Source of the DNA: an uncultured Clostridia bacterium
GTDB lineage: Bacteria; Bacillota; Clostridia; TANB77; CAG-508
Direction of reading: 5' to 3'
NCBI GenBank assembly: GCA_904378095.1
Contig: CAJFHE010000005.1
Coordinates: forward strand, 9,675 to 73,674
DNA: 64,000 bases
The notes beneath the pieces were generated by a model. The model saw only the letters and a list, made by a program, of their open reading frames with translations, did no database searches and had not been told where the DNA came from. The stretch's first letter is position 1. Every line of letters starts with the position of its first letter. The position numbers and the translations under genes were made by a program. Positions 19,515 through 27,833 of the stretch are shown here, in pieces.

Positions 19515-19739
19515 TTACCTTTCCTTTTCTTCCATATCTATATTTCTTACCTCTAAGCATTTATCTCGAAAAAAAGTAATTCCATTTAATCCTTTATTAT
19601 ATGCTTGCAATATATAATTCTGATTTTCTTGCCCACATAAGCTATCATTATATTTTCTAAAACTACCTCTTTCCCTTGATAAGTTTACAGATTCTACTTT
19701 ACTATAAAAATTAATAAATGTAAATAAATTTTTAGTCAA
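19515..19739 (-). other. 74-codon ORF with no ATG start; possible relic of a class II ribonucleotide reductase C-terminus
   Basis: It opens with TTG and has no convincing RBS. Its stop lies 3 nt before the HD start. The segment ILQAYNKGLNGITFFRDKC resembles the AWKxGxKGITVYRDGS region of NrdJ-type RNRs. The resemblance is weak and judged by eye. Confidence 0.25.
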
Positions 19740-19881
19740 TTCTCTTGTTGCTATGGAATCATATTGTTATTATAAATTTTATTATTTATTATATCTTTAA
19801 CATTTTTGTTAATAGGTATAATTTTTCTTAATGCTATTTCTTTTAAATTCTGTTTATATATTATTTCGACTTTCACATATA

Positions 19882-19931
19882 CGTTTGAAATCAAATCAGC
19901 GTGCAAAGGCACGCTTAATTGATTTCAAACG
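19882..19931. repeat. 50-bp near-perfect palindrome (23-nt arms, 4-nt loop)
   Basis: CGTTTGAAATCAAATCAGCGTGC-aaag-GCACGCTTAATTGATTTCAAACG pairs at 21 of 23 positions. Neither strand has a U run. Confidence 0.8.
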
Positions 19932-19987
19932 TAGTCTCAACAATGACAAATGGCAATTATCTTTCAGCCTTCCCCAAATTGTAAGCT

Positions 19988-20071
19988 CATACGGGGGTAA
20001 AATCTCCTGGGTGAGAGAAAAGTACTACCCATTTTCCTTTATAATCATTTAAACATATATTTCCCATTGTT
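19988..20071 (-). pseudogene. Peroxiredoxin gene fragment (right copy of the 84-nt direct repeat)
   Basis: It translates as [26 protein letters not shown] followed by TGA where intact prx has the catalytic Cys codon. Similarity to prx ends at both edges. Confidence 0.85.
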
Positions 20072-20208
20072 AAGGTTACTTATAATCCAGTAATTTTCAG
20101 ATTTCTATTTTTTTATTGAATGTATTTTTATACCATTTATTAAGTTGTTTTCTGTTATGGAAAATATAAACCTTTTCTTGATCAACTTTGCTTATTTTTT
20201 CTAGGACT

Positions 20209-20814
20209 TCATTTCTTATAACATTCATAGCTTCCATTCATTAAATAATTCTTCCTATACCATCTAGCGAATTGGTCTTTCGCATCTCCCCAGAATGTTG
20301 CTTCTCTTACATAGTCAATTTTTCTTAATTCACTTAAAGTTTTAGTTTCACCATCAGGTATATAAAACCTATCATGCCAACGTCCTCTTGTTCCTCTTGC
20401 TTCATATGCAATTGTTCCAGTTCCTCCACCAGAAAATACAATTGCTTTCTTGCCTGATTCACAGAAAGCAAAACAATGTTCTAATCTCGCTTTTCTATTT
20501 CTTTCGTTTTTAAACAATTCTAGGAATTTTTCTACTCCTATTTGTTTGTCAAAGTAATGATTATATGGTCCTGGCAATCCTCCTAATGCTTCTATGTATA
20601 ATCCACTATCCGATTTTAATACGGCTTTGCCTAATTTATTTGCACCATATTCAGCGCTAAAGGCTGCCACCTCTCCACATGTTTCTGCTTGGATTTCTAG
20701 TATTTCAAAATCAGGATTAACGATTTCTATATTAAAGCCATACTTTTTTCCAAAAAATTCATTAGCCTCATTAACTTTATTGGGATTAGTTGTTAAATAA
20801 ATTAATTTTTCCAT
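20209..20814 (-). CDS. Ham1/ITPase-family NTP pyrophosphatase-like protein (second, divergent paralogue)
   Basis: Start taken at the ATG at 20814 (GGAGAG RBS). Motifs LIYLTTNPNKVNEA.., ..EIQAETCGEVAAFSAEYGA.. and KSDSGLYIEALGGLPGPY are present. Confidence 0.65.
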   Translation of the reverse strand: MEKLIYLTTNPNKVNEANEFFGKKYGFNIEIVNPDFEILEIQAETCGEVAAFSAEYGANKLGKAVLKSDSGLYIEALGGLPGPYNHYFDKQIGVEKFLELFKNERNRKARLEHCFAFCESGKKAIVFSGGGTGTIAYEARGTRGRWHDRFYIPDGETKTLSELRKIDYVREATFWGDAKDQFARWYRKNYLMNGSYECYKK

Positions 20815-20932
20815 TTTATTTCTCTCCATAATAATATGATTTTAAATTTTCTATAATCATTACCTCTCATTGATGAATATAATATCATATCTCCTTAACC
20901 ATATACAAGATTTTATAAAATTTTAAACAATA

Positions 20933-23122
20933 TCAAGTTTTTTCATATTTTCCCAATTCTACTACATTTTGAAGAGGTCTAACAATTTTATCATTGTAGA
21001 GCACATTAAGCTCATGCAAAGGTCTTGTCATAGCCACATACAATAGTTTCATATCAATGTTTCTATCTGAATTATATTCTCCTTCTGTAGCATTAGTTAT
21101 AATAGCTCCATCAAATTCCAATCCTTTGGCAAGGTAACTGGTTATTGTACAAATTCCTCCGCTATATTCCGTATCTGAATTAGTTATATTTTTAATTTCT
21201 ATATTTTCGCTATTAAGCTTATTATTTATTGATGTGGCTTCTTCTTCATTTTTACATATTATAGCAACTGTTTTATATCCATTTTCTTGATATTTATTTA
21301 AAATAGATTTAATTGTGTAAACTTGTTCATCCTCATTTTTATAATTAATATATTTAACAAATTCGCCATGTCTTATTACTGGCTTTGCGGTATTTAGTTT
21401 TATATAATTTATTATATTATTTGCTGAATTCATAATTTCTGTTGTTGTTCTATAACTTTTCAGCAAATATTTCATTTCACATTTTTCTTCAAATGTATTC
21501 TCAATTACCGATTTCCAATCATCTATTCCTCTATATTGATATATAGATTGTGCCAAGTCTCCAAATATGCTAAACGTTGCATTTTTCAAAAGACTTTTTA
21601 AAGCATAAAAGCTAAAGTCACCCAGGTCTTGTGCCTCATCTATTGCTACTTGTCTAAACTGGTCAAATGGCTTTGCTCCGTATATTTTACATTTAAGATA
21701 TATTAGAGCACTTAAATCTTCAAACTCCACGTTTTTTTCTCTTATATTTTTTATATTCTTTTGAACTTTTTCTTCTATTTCATTATAAAACTCAGCATCA
21801 ACGTATTTTTTTATGTTTGTAAGAAATTTTATATAAGCATTCAATATATTTGGGATAAGATTTTTAAAATATTTCTTTATACTCGCCTTGCATCCATTCT
21901 TTACTTCTTTCTCCACAAAGTCGAATTTTTCTAATTCATTTCTATTAAGCTCCTTTGATACTACATTGATTTTGCTATGATACTGCTCTTTAAGTTTTAA
22001 AAATATCGTCTCATAATTGTCTTCAATATATTTTGACAACATTAAAATTGTTCTATCAACTCTCTTTTTAATAGTATCATAAAGATTTGAATCCTCTATA
22101 GAGAAATATATTTTTTCAATAATGTCTTTTGATATTACTTCATATCCTTTTATTTCTATATTTTTATTTGGAATTATATTTTCTTTTATGTCTTGTAAAA
22201 ATTTATCTAATAATTTTTTGAAATTCATAGAGACTTTAAATTTTTCATATTCTAGTGATTTTTCATTTGAAATAGATATAATTAATTTTTTATCTTCATC
22301 AATCATTTTTATATCTTCATTTAAGAATTCGGCACATAGCTCTTCATATGTTAATTGCTTTACATTCTCGACATCTAAGTCTGGTAAAACTCCTGAAATA
22401 TAATTAACGAAAAACTTATTTGGTCCGATAACTAAATACTGATTTGGCTTAATTTTATCACGGTTGTTATACACTAAATATGCTATTCTATGTAGTACAA
22501 CAGTTGTTTTTCCACTTCCTGCAACGCCTTGAATAATAATGTTTTTTGATAATGGCTCTCGTATAATTGAATTTTGTTCTTGTTGAATTGTAGATACAAT
22601 ATTTTTTAATCTATTGTCTGCACTTGCACTTAAATATGGTTTTAGTAAATCATCATTTGAAACAGTATCTACATCTTGAAAGCTTTTAAGCTCACTTTCC
22701 TCAATATCGTATTGTCTTTTTAATAATAATTCTCCTGTGCAAGTTCCCTCCGGTGCTTCATATGATGCTCTTCCAATATTACTATCATAATACATCGAAG
22801 ATATAGGTGCTCTCCAATCTATTGTAATATTATTATTGTCTTCGTCCATTACGCCAACTTTTCCAATATACAGCCTTTCTACACTTTCTTCGCCATCTCT
22901 TGCAAAGTCTAGTCTAGCAAAATAAGGTTTGTTTATGCTTTTTTGCATTAGCCTTAGTTTTTCTCCGTACATTTCAATTACGTTGTTTATCATTACCTCA
23001 TTATTCACGTAGACTTTTGGTGCTACTTCTATCCTTTGTTCGTAATAATGCATAACATCTTTGAATTTTTCTATGACATTATGCAGAGTCTCTTTCTCTT
23101 TTTGAAGCTCAATGTCATTCAT
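20933..23122 (-). CDS. helD: HelD-type UvrD/Rep superfamily-1 helicase (helicase IV-like)
   Basis: 729 aa with Walker A QGVAGSGKTTVVLHRIAYLVY, DEAQD and a C-terminal LYVAMTRPLHEL, in the HelD-like N-terminal arrangement. Confidence 0.8.
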   Translation of the reverse strand: MNDIELQKEKETLHNVIEKFKDVMHYYEQRIEVAPKVYVNNEVMINNVIEMYGEKLRLMQKSINKPYFARLDFARDGEESVERLYIGKVGVMDEDNNNITIDWRAPISSMYYDSNIGRASYEAPEGTCTGELLLKRQYDIEESELKSFQDVDTVSNDDLLKPYLSASADNRLKNIVSTIQQEQNSIIREPLSKNIIIQGVAGSGKTTVVLHRIAYLVYNNRDKIKPNQYLVIGPNKFFVNYISGVLPDLDVENVKQLTYEELCAEFLNEDIKMIDEDKKLIISISNEKSLEYEKFKVSMNFKKLLDKFLQDIKENIIPNKNIEIKGYEVISKDIIEKIYFSIEDSNLYDTIKKRVDRTILMLSKYIEDNYETIFLKLKEQYHSKINVVSKELNRNELEKFDFVEKEVKNGCKASIKKYFKNLIPNILNAYIKFLTNIKKYVDAEFYNEIEEKVQKNIKNIREKNVEFEDLSALIYLKCKIYGAKPFDQFRQVAIDEAQDLGDFSFYALKSLLKNATFSIFGDLAQSIYQYRGIDDWKSVIENTFEEKCEMKYLLKSYRTTTEIMNSANNIINYIKLNTAKPVIRHGEFVKYINYKNEDEQVYTIKSILNKYQENGYKTVAIICKNEEEATSINNKLNSENIEIKNITNSDTEYSGGICTITSYLAKGLEFDGAIITNATEGEYNSDRNIDMKLLYVAMTRPLHELNVLYNDKIVRPLQNVVELGKYEKT

Positions 23123-23394
23123 ATACTTCCTCCTATCTCTATGTTTTTTTCCGCATCAAAGCAGTATTTTTATATTATAGGATATATAGTTTAGGTTGTC
23201 AATATTATTTCACTAAGTTTCAGATTTTTTACACCCAGATGATACTTAGTTAAGTCAAAACTATTGAAATAATATCCAAATTATGTTAAACTGTTTATAT
23301 ATTTTTTTATAATCCTTTTAGGTTAGTCTGATTGGCAGTTTGGATTAACTTATTCAAGCATCTGTAATTACAGTTTAAGAAAAGGAGAATACTT

Positions 23395-23904
23395 ATGTTA
23401 ATAATTATTATAGGTATTATTATATGTATTATTATTTTTTGTGTATCGTTTATTTTTATCAAAGAAAAATCTTCTTGCAGATTGAGCTCCAGATTGATCA
23501 CAATAATATTCATATTTAGCTTGGCTATAGGATTATTTTTTCCGACTAAATTTGGAGAAAGTGAATTAGTAAGACAAACAGAGCTAGTTTCATTATCAAA
23601 TTCAACAGTTTCAAGTGGAAACGTATTTGTATCTATTTCAGGTGAGGAAATATATACCTATAGACATAGAATAGATACAGAATTTGGAACTGAAACTTCC
23701 ACTGAATATGTTACTAGTTCGATATCACATGATGATGGAAATATAATAGAAAGTGAGGACATTAATTGTAAAACTCCTGTTTTATTAGAGTATATGACAA
23801 AATCTAAAGTTACAATTTGGACTTTTGGATTTGGTGTAGCTTTAACTGATTATGTCTTCTATGTGCCAGAAGGTACAATACAAAAAGATGTTCAGTTAAA
23901 ATAA
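23395..23904 (+). CDS. Hypothetical membrane protein (2 TM plus a soluble domain)
   Basis: RBS AAGGAG 8 nt upstream of the ATG, two N-terminal TM helices, and no recognisable family. Confidence 0.5.
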   Translation: MLIIIIGIIICIIIFCVSFIFIKEKSSCRLSSRLITIIFIFSLAIGLFFPTKFGESELVRQTELVSLSNSTVSSGNVFVSISGEEIYTYRHRIDTEFGTETSTEYVTSSISHDDGNIIESEDINCKTPVLLEYMTKSKVTIWTFGFGVALTDYVFYVPEGTIQKDVQLK

Positions 23905-23927
23905 CAATTAAAACTGCCAATCAACAA

Positions 23928-23950
23928 GGTGACAGATTAAATCTGCCACC
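23928..23950. terminator. Hairpin between convergent genes
   Basis: GGTGACAGAT-taa-ATCTGCCACC, with one mismatch that is a G-U pair on the minus strand. Confidence 0.4.
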
Positions 23951-23956
23951 TTAATT

Positions 23957-24508
23957 TTAATTTTTAACATTCACTTCATCTATCACATTTCCATCTATAT
24001 CTTTTAAAACAATACTACTATTATCTATCATCAAATAACTATTTTTTGTATTATTCTTTGGACAAGTAATTGAGCCAGGGCTTGCAAAAAGTTTACCATC
24101 TTTTGCTGTAATAAATCCTGTATGAAAATGTCCATACATAAGGACATCAAATTCTTCGTTTGGCCAAAAATCAATATTGTATTTGTGTCCGTGTGTAAAA
24201 AAGAATTCCTTTCCATCGATTTCTAATCTAATATTCTCTTCTATATTAAATTCAGAAATCATTTGGTCTACTTCTGCATCACAGTTACCTCTTACTGCCA
24301 ATATTTCATCTTTATATTTATTTAAAATTTCTGCTACTCCTTTTGGCTCATAATCTCTTGGCAGTGGGTTTCGTGGTCCATGATAGTATAAATCACCAAG
24401 AAGAATAATCTTATCAGAACACTCTTTTTCAATTATTTTTTCTAATTTTTCTGCATAATATCTTGAGCCATGTATATCTGACACTACTAAGTATTTCATT
24501 TTTATCAC
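23957..24508 (-). CDS. YfcE/MJ0936-family metallophosphoesterase
   Basis: 183 aa with MKYLVVSDIHGS, LLGDLYYHGPRN, RGNCD and THGH motifs. Confidence 0.85.
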   Translation of the reverse strand: MIKMKYLVVSDIHGSRYYAEKLEKIIEKECSDKIILLGDLYYHGPRNPLPRDYEPKGVAEILNKYKDEILAVRGNCDAEVDQMISEFNIEENIRLEIDGKEFFFTHGHKYNIDFWPNEEFDVLMYGHFHTGFITAKDGKLFASPGSITCPKNNTKNSYLMIDNSSIVLKDIDGNVIDEVNVKN

Positions 24509-24560
24509 AATCCCTCTTTTTACTTAATCTAGTTGGAAAAGAATTAAATTTGACACAGCA

Positions 24561-24641
24561 AAATCTTGTTTTTTTCCTCCGTCCCCCAAAACATGGTCTG
24601 TCCCCAAAACGAAAATGTTGTCGTTTTTTGGCCTGTCTCTA
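24561..24641. repeat. Composite intergenic repeat: a copy of the 12504 module followed by a GGTCTGTCCCC-hairpin-GCCTGTCTC unit
   Basis: 24561-24594 is nearly identical to 12504-12537. 24595-24639 aligns with the reverse complement of 1913-1957. The last bases overlap the metG stop codon (24639-24641). Confidence 0.7.
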
Positions 24642-26231
24642 TGACGACATTCTCTCAAAAAGTGGCTCAATATTTTCTAGTTTTGTGCCTGCTTTAGTTT
24701 CTATTAAATTCCAAGATTTGTTATCTATATGCAAGTATTTACGTATTTTCTCACATGCATTTGGCATAAATGGCTCAAATATATTTGCTAAGTTGGCTAT
24801 TATTGTTGCACATGTATATATTGTGTTGTTAAATCCTTCTATGTCTTCTTTCTTTTGAATCCAAGGTTTTTGCTCATCATAATATTTATTTGCGGTTTCT
24901 ACCAATTGCATTGCTATATTTGAAGCTTCTTTGAATTCTAGTTTTTCTATGTTTTCTCCAACTAGTTTATAAGTTTTTTCGATTTCTTGTTTAATATTTT
25001 CATCCAATTTACCAGCTGGTACTTCTTCTAGCTCTTTAAATTTCAATGTTCTATTTACTAGGTTTCCAAATTTATTTAACAATTCTCCATTGTTTGTTGC
25101 AATTAATGCTTCTTCTGTAAAGTTAGAATCCTTTTTTTCTGGGCCATTGTTAATTAGATGAAAACGTAAACTATCAACATTATATTTTTCCACAAGCTCT
25201 ATTGCAGGTGTTCCATTGCCTTTACTTTTTGATATCTTTTCATCATTGATATTTAAATACTCAGATGAAACTATTGTGTTAACTAGATGATAATTCTCTT
25301 TCATTGCTAGTAATAATGCATTAAAGATTATGCTATGGAAAACAATATTATCTTTTCCATGTACCATATATATTGTTGGATTGTATTCTTCTTTCCAAAA
25401 TTCTTCCCAATTTTGTCCTGTTTCTTCGCATCTTTTCATTGTTGCTGTAATGTATCCTAAAACAGCCTCAATCCACACATACATCTTTTTGTTTTCATAT
25501 CCTTCAACTGGAATGTCTACTCCCCATTCTAAGTCTCTTGTAACAGCTCTATCTACTAATCCTTGTTTCAAGTATTTATTTGTTTCGTTTTTTGCATTAA
25601 CTCTCCATAATGTATCATTCTTTTTTACATACTCTTCAATGTCTTTTTGAAATTTCGATAACTCTAAGTATAGATTTTTATTGTCTTTTAGAACTGTTTT
25701 TGAGCCACACTCTAAGCAAACTCCATCTTTCATATCTTCAATTGTTGGTACATATTGGCAATTGTCACATTGCTCAGCTTTAGTAACTTGTCCACATTTT
25801 GGACATGTAATTTGTATTTCTCTGTCTGATAAAAATTTGTTACAATGCTCACAATATGGTTGTGGCTCTACTTTCTCATATATATATCCATTATCATAAA
25901 CTTTTCTAAATATTTTCATAGCTTCTTGTTTATGAAAATCGGTATCTGTATTTGTATATAAATCATATGAAAAATGGAATTTTTCTAACGCTTCTTTATC
26001 TCTCTTATGATAATATTCTGCTATTTCTTTAGGACTTTTCTTCTCTTTTTTTGCTCTTTCTGTTATTGGCGTTCCATGGCAATCTGTTCCAGAAACAAAC
26101 ATTACATTGCATCCCATTGCTCTATAATATCTTGCAAGAACGTCTCCTGAAATCAACCCAGCTATATGTCCCAAATGCAAATCACTATTTGCATATGGCC
26201 ATGCTCCACCTATTAAAATGTTTTTATTCAT
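24639..26231 (-). CDS. metG: Methionine--tRNA ligase
   Basis: HIGH-type motif (DLHLGHIAG), KMSKS-type motif (KISKSKG) and a Zn knuckle (CPKCG..CDNC). Start taken at the ATG at 26231 after GAAGGGG; the track's TTG at 26258 is less likely. Confidence 0.92.
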   Translation of the reverse strand: MNKNILIGGAWPYANSDLHLGHIAGLISGDVLARYYRAMGCNVMFVSGTDCHGTPITERAKKEKKSPKEIAEYYHKRDKEALEKFHFSYDLYTNTDTDFHKQEAMKIFRKVYDNGYIYEKVEPQPYCEHCNKFLSDREIQITCPKCGQVTKAEQCDNCQYVPTIEDMKDGVCLECGSKTVLKDNKNLYLELSKFQKDIEEYVKKNDTLWRVNAKNETNKYLKQGLVDRAVTRDLEWGVDIPVEGYENKKMYVWIEAVLGYITATMKRCEETGQNWEEFWKEEYNPTIYMVHGKDNIVFHSIIFNALLLAMKENYHLVNTIVSSEYLNINDEKISKSKGNGTPAIELVEKYNVDSLRFHLINNGPEKKDSNFTEEALIATNNGELLNKFGNLVNRTLKFKELEEVPAGKLDENIKQEIEKTYKLVGENIEKLEFKEASNIAMQLVETANKYYDEQKPWIQKKEDIEGFNNTIYTCATIIANLANIFEPFMPNACEKIRKYLHIDNKSWNLIETKAGTKLENIEPLFERMSS

Positions 26232-26327
26232 GCCTGACCCCTTCTTTCTAATAATCAAAATAGTAGTTATCTCATCGATTGTCGAAAATTTACTAATAAT
26301 AAAATCTTGTTTTATTACCCTTATACA

Positions 26328-27698
26328 TTAATTTAAATTTTTTTCAATTAATTTTGCAAGGCTTTCTGCTTTTGTTTTTATGTACTCTTTATCTTGTCCC
26401 TCTATCATTACTCTAACTAATGGCTCTGTTCCAGATGGTCTTATTAGTACTCTACCATTTCCAGAAAATTCTTTTTCTAATTTTTCAATTTCTTGCTTTA
26501 TTTTCTCATCATTAACATAGTCTTCTTTTTTATTGCTTGCTACTTTAGCATTAACTAAAACTTGAGGATATATTTTTATTATATCACAAAGTTTTGATGC
26601 TGAAACATTTTTTTCTAAAAGAATTTTAATAAGCATCAAAGATGTTAAAATTCCATCTCCCGTTGGATTATAATCAAGCATTATAATATGACCCGATTGC
26701 TCTCCTCCAAGATTATAACCCTCTTTTAACATTTTTTCAAGCACATATCTGTCTCCAACTTTAGTTTCTTCAAAATTTATATTATTCGCCTCAGCATATT
26801 TCTTTAATCCTAAGTTACTCATGACTGTTGCAACTACAGTATCCTTTTTTAATGTTCCCTTTTCTTTCATATAATTAGAAATTACAGCTAAAATTTTATC
26901 CCCATCTATTTCATTTCCTTTTTCATCAACAGCCAAACATCTATCTCCATCTCCATCATATGCTATTCCTAAATTACAATTATTCTCTACAACATATTTT
27001 TTTAGTGAATCAAGATGTGTTGAGCCGCAATTATCGTTAATATTTGTTCCTGTTGGAGTATTATTCAAAATATAATGTTTTATTCCTAATGCAGAAAAAA
27101 CTTTTTCTGCTACAACTGATGTAGCACCATTGGCTGTGTCAACTGCTACAACGAAATCTTCTGGCATATTTAGTTTTTCGAAATCTTCTTCAAAGTTTTT
27201 TCTAAAGAAATATACATATTCATCAAGTAAATCTGTTCTAATTTCTGATACACCTATTTTATCATTTGCAGCTGATAATTCATCTAATTTTCCTGAATCC
27301 ATTACATCTTCAATCTCTTCTTCTAGCTCATCTGGAATTTTCATTCCTTTATTGCTAAAATATTTTACGCCATTAAATTCATATGTATTATGTGATGCAG
27401 AAATAACAACACTTGCATCTGCTTTTAATTTTTTTGTTAAATATGCTACACCTGGTGTAGGTAGTACACCTAAAATTTTTACATTCGCTCCATAACTTAA
27501 AAAACCTGCTGTCATTGCACTTTCTATTAATGTTCCAGAAATACGTGTATCTCTACCAATAAGAATTGTTGGTGTTTTGTTCTCTGAATGTTTAGCTAAA
27601 ACATAAGCTCCAGCTTTTGCAACTCTATACACCAAATTAGGTGACAATTCTGTATTTGCAATTCTTCTAATTCCATCTGTTCCGAAATATTTTCTCAT
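26328..27698 (-). CDS. glmM: Phosphoglucosamine mutase
   Basis: 456 aa with MRKYFGTDGIRRIAN and the active-site motif SASHNTYEFNGVKYF. Confidence 0.93.
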   Translation of the reverse strand: MRKYFGTDGIRRIANTELSPNLVYRVAKAGAYVLAKHSENKTPTILIGRDTRISGTLIESAMTAGFLSYGANVKILGVLPTPGVAYLTKKLKADASVVISASHNTYEFNGVKYFSNKGMKIPDELEEEIEDVMDSGKLDELSAANDKIGVSEIRTDLLDEYVYFFRKNFEEDFEKLNMPEDFVVAVDTANGATSVVAEKVFSALGIKHYILNNTPTGTNINDNCGSTHLDSLKKYVVENNCNLGIAYDGDGDRCLAVDEKGNEIDGDKILAVISNYMKEKGTLKKDTVVATVMSNLGLKKYAEANNINFEETKVGDRYVLEKMLKEGYNLGGEQSGHIIMLDYNPTGDGILTSLMLIKILLEKNVSASKLCDIIKIYPQVLVNAKVASNKKEDYVNDEKIKQEIEKLEKEFSGNGRVLIRPSGTEPLVRVMIEGQDKEYIKTKAESLAKLIEKNLN

Positions 27699-27833
27699 TT
27701 TGATTATCCTTCCCTTCTACTATTATCTAGCTCTTTGTATAAAAATGAATTTACGCATTTTAGTATATCACAAATTAATATTATATTTCCATCTTTTATA
27801 CAAATTTTTTAAAAATTTTATAATATCTATCAA

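Noticed and set aside
19831-20052. A 73-aa plus-strand ORF across the palindrome and the prx fragment
   Set aside because: It reads the antisense of the prx fragment and runs through the palindrome, has no RBS, and its content is explained by the repeat structures.
26232-26327. A T-box or other leader upstream of metG. I also looked upstream of argS (31080-31096) and of the P-type ATPase (9562-9604).
   Set aside because: The spacers are too short (96, 17 and about 40 nt) for a T-box, M-box or similar riboswitch, and I saw no specifier or antiterminator features.
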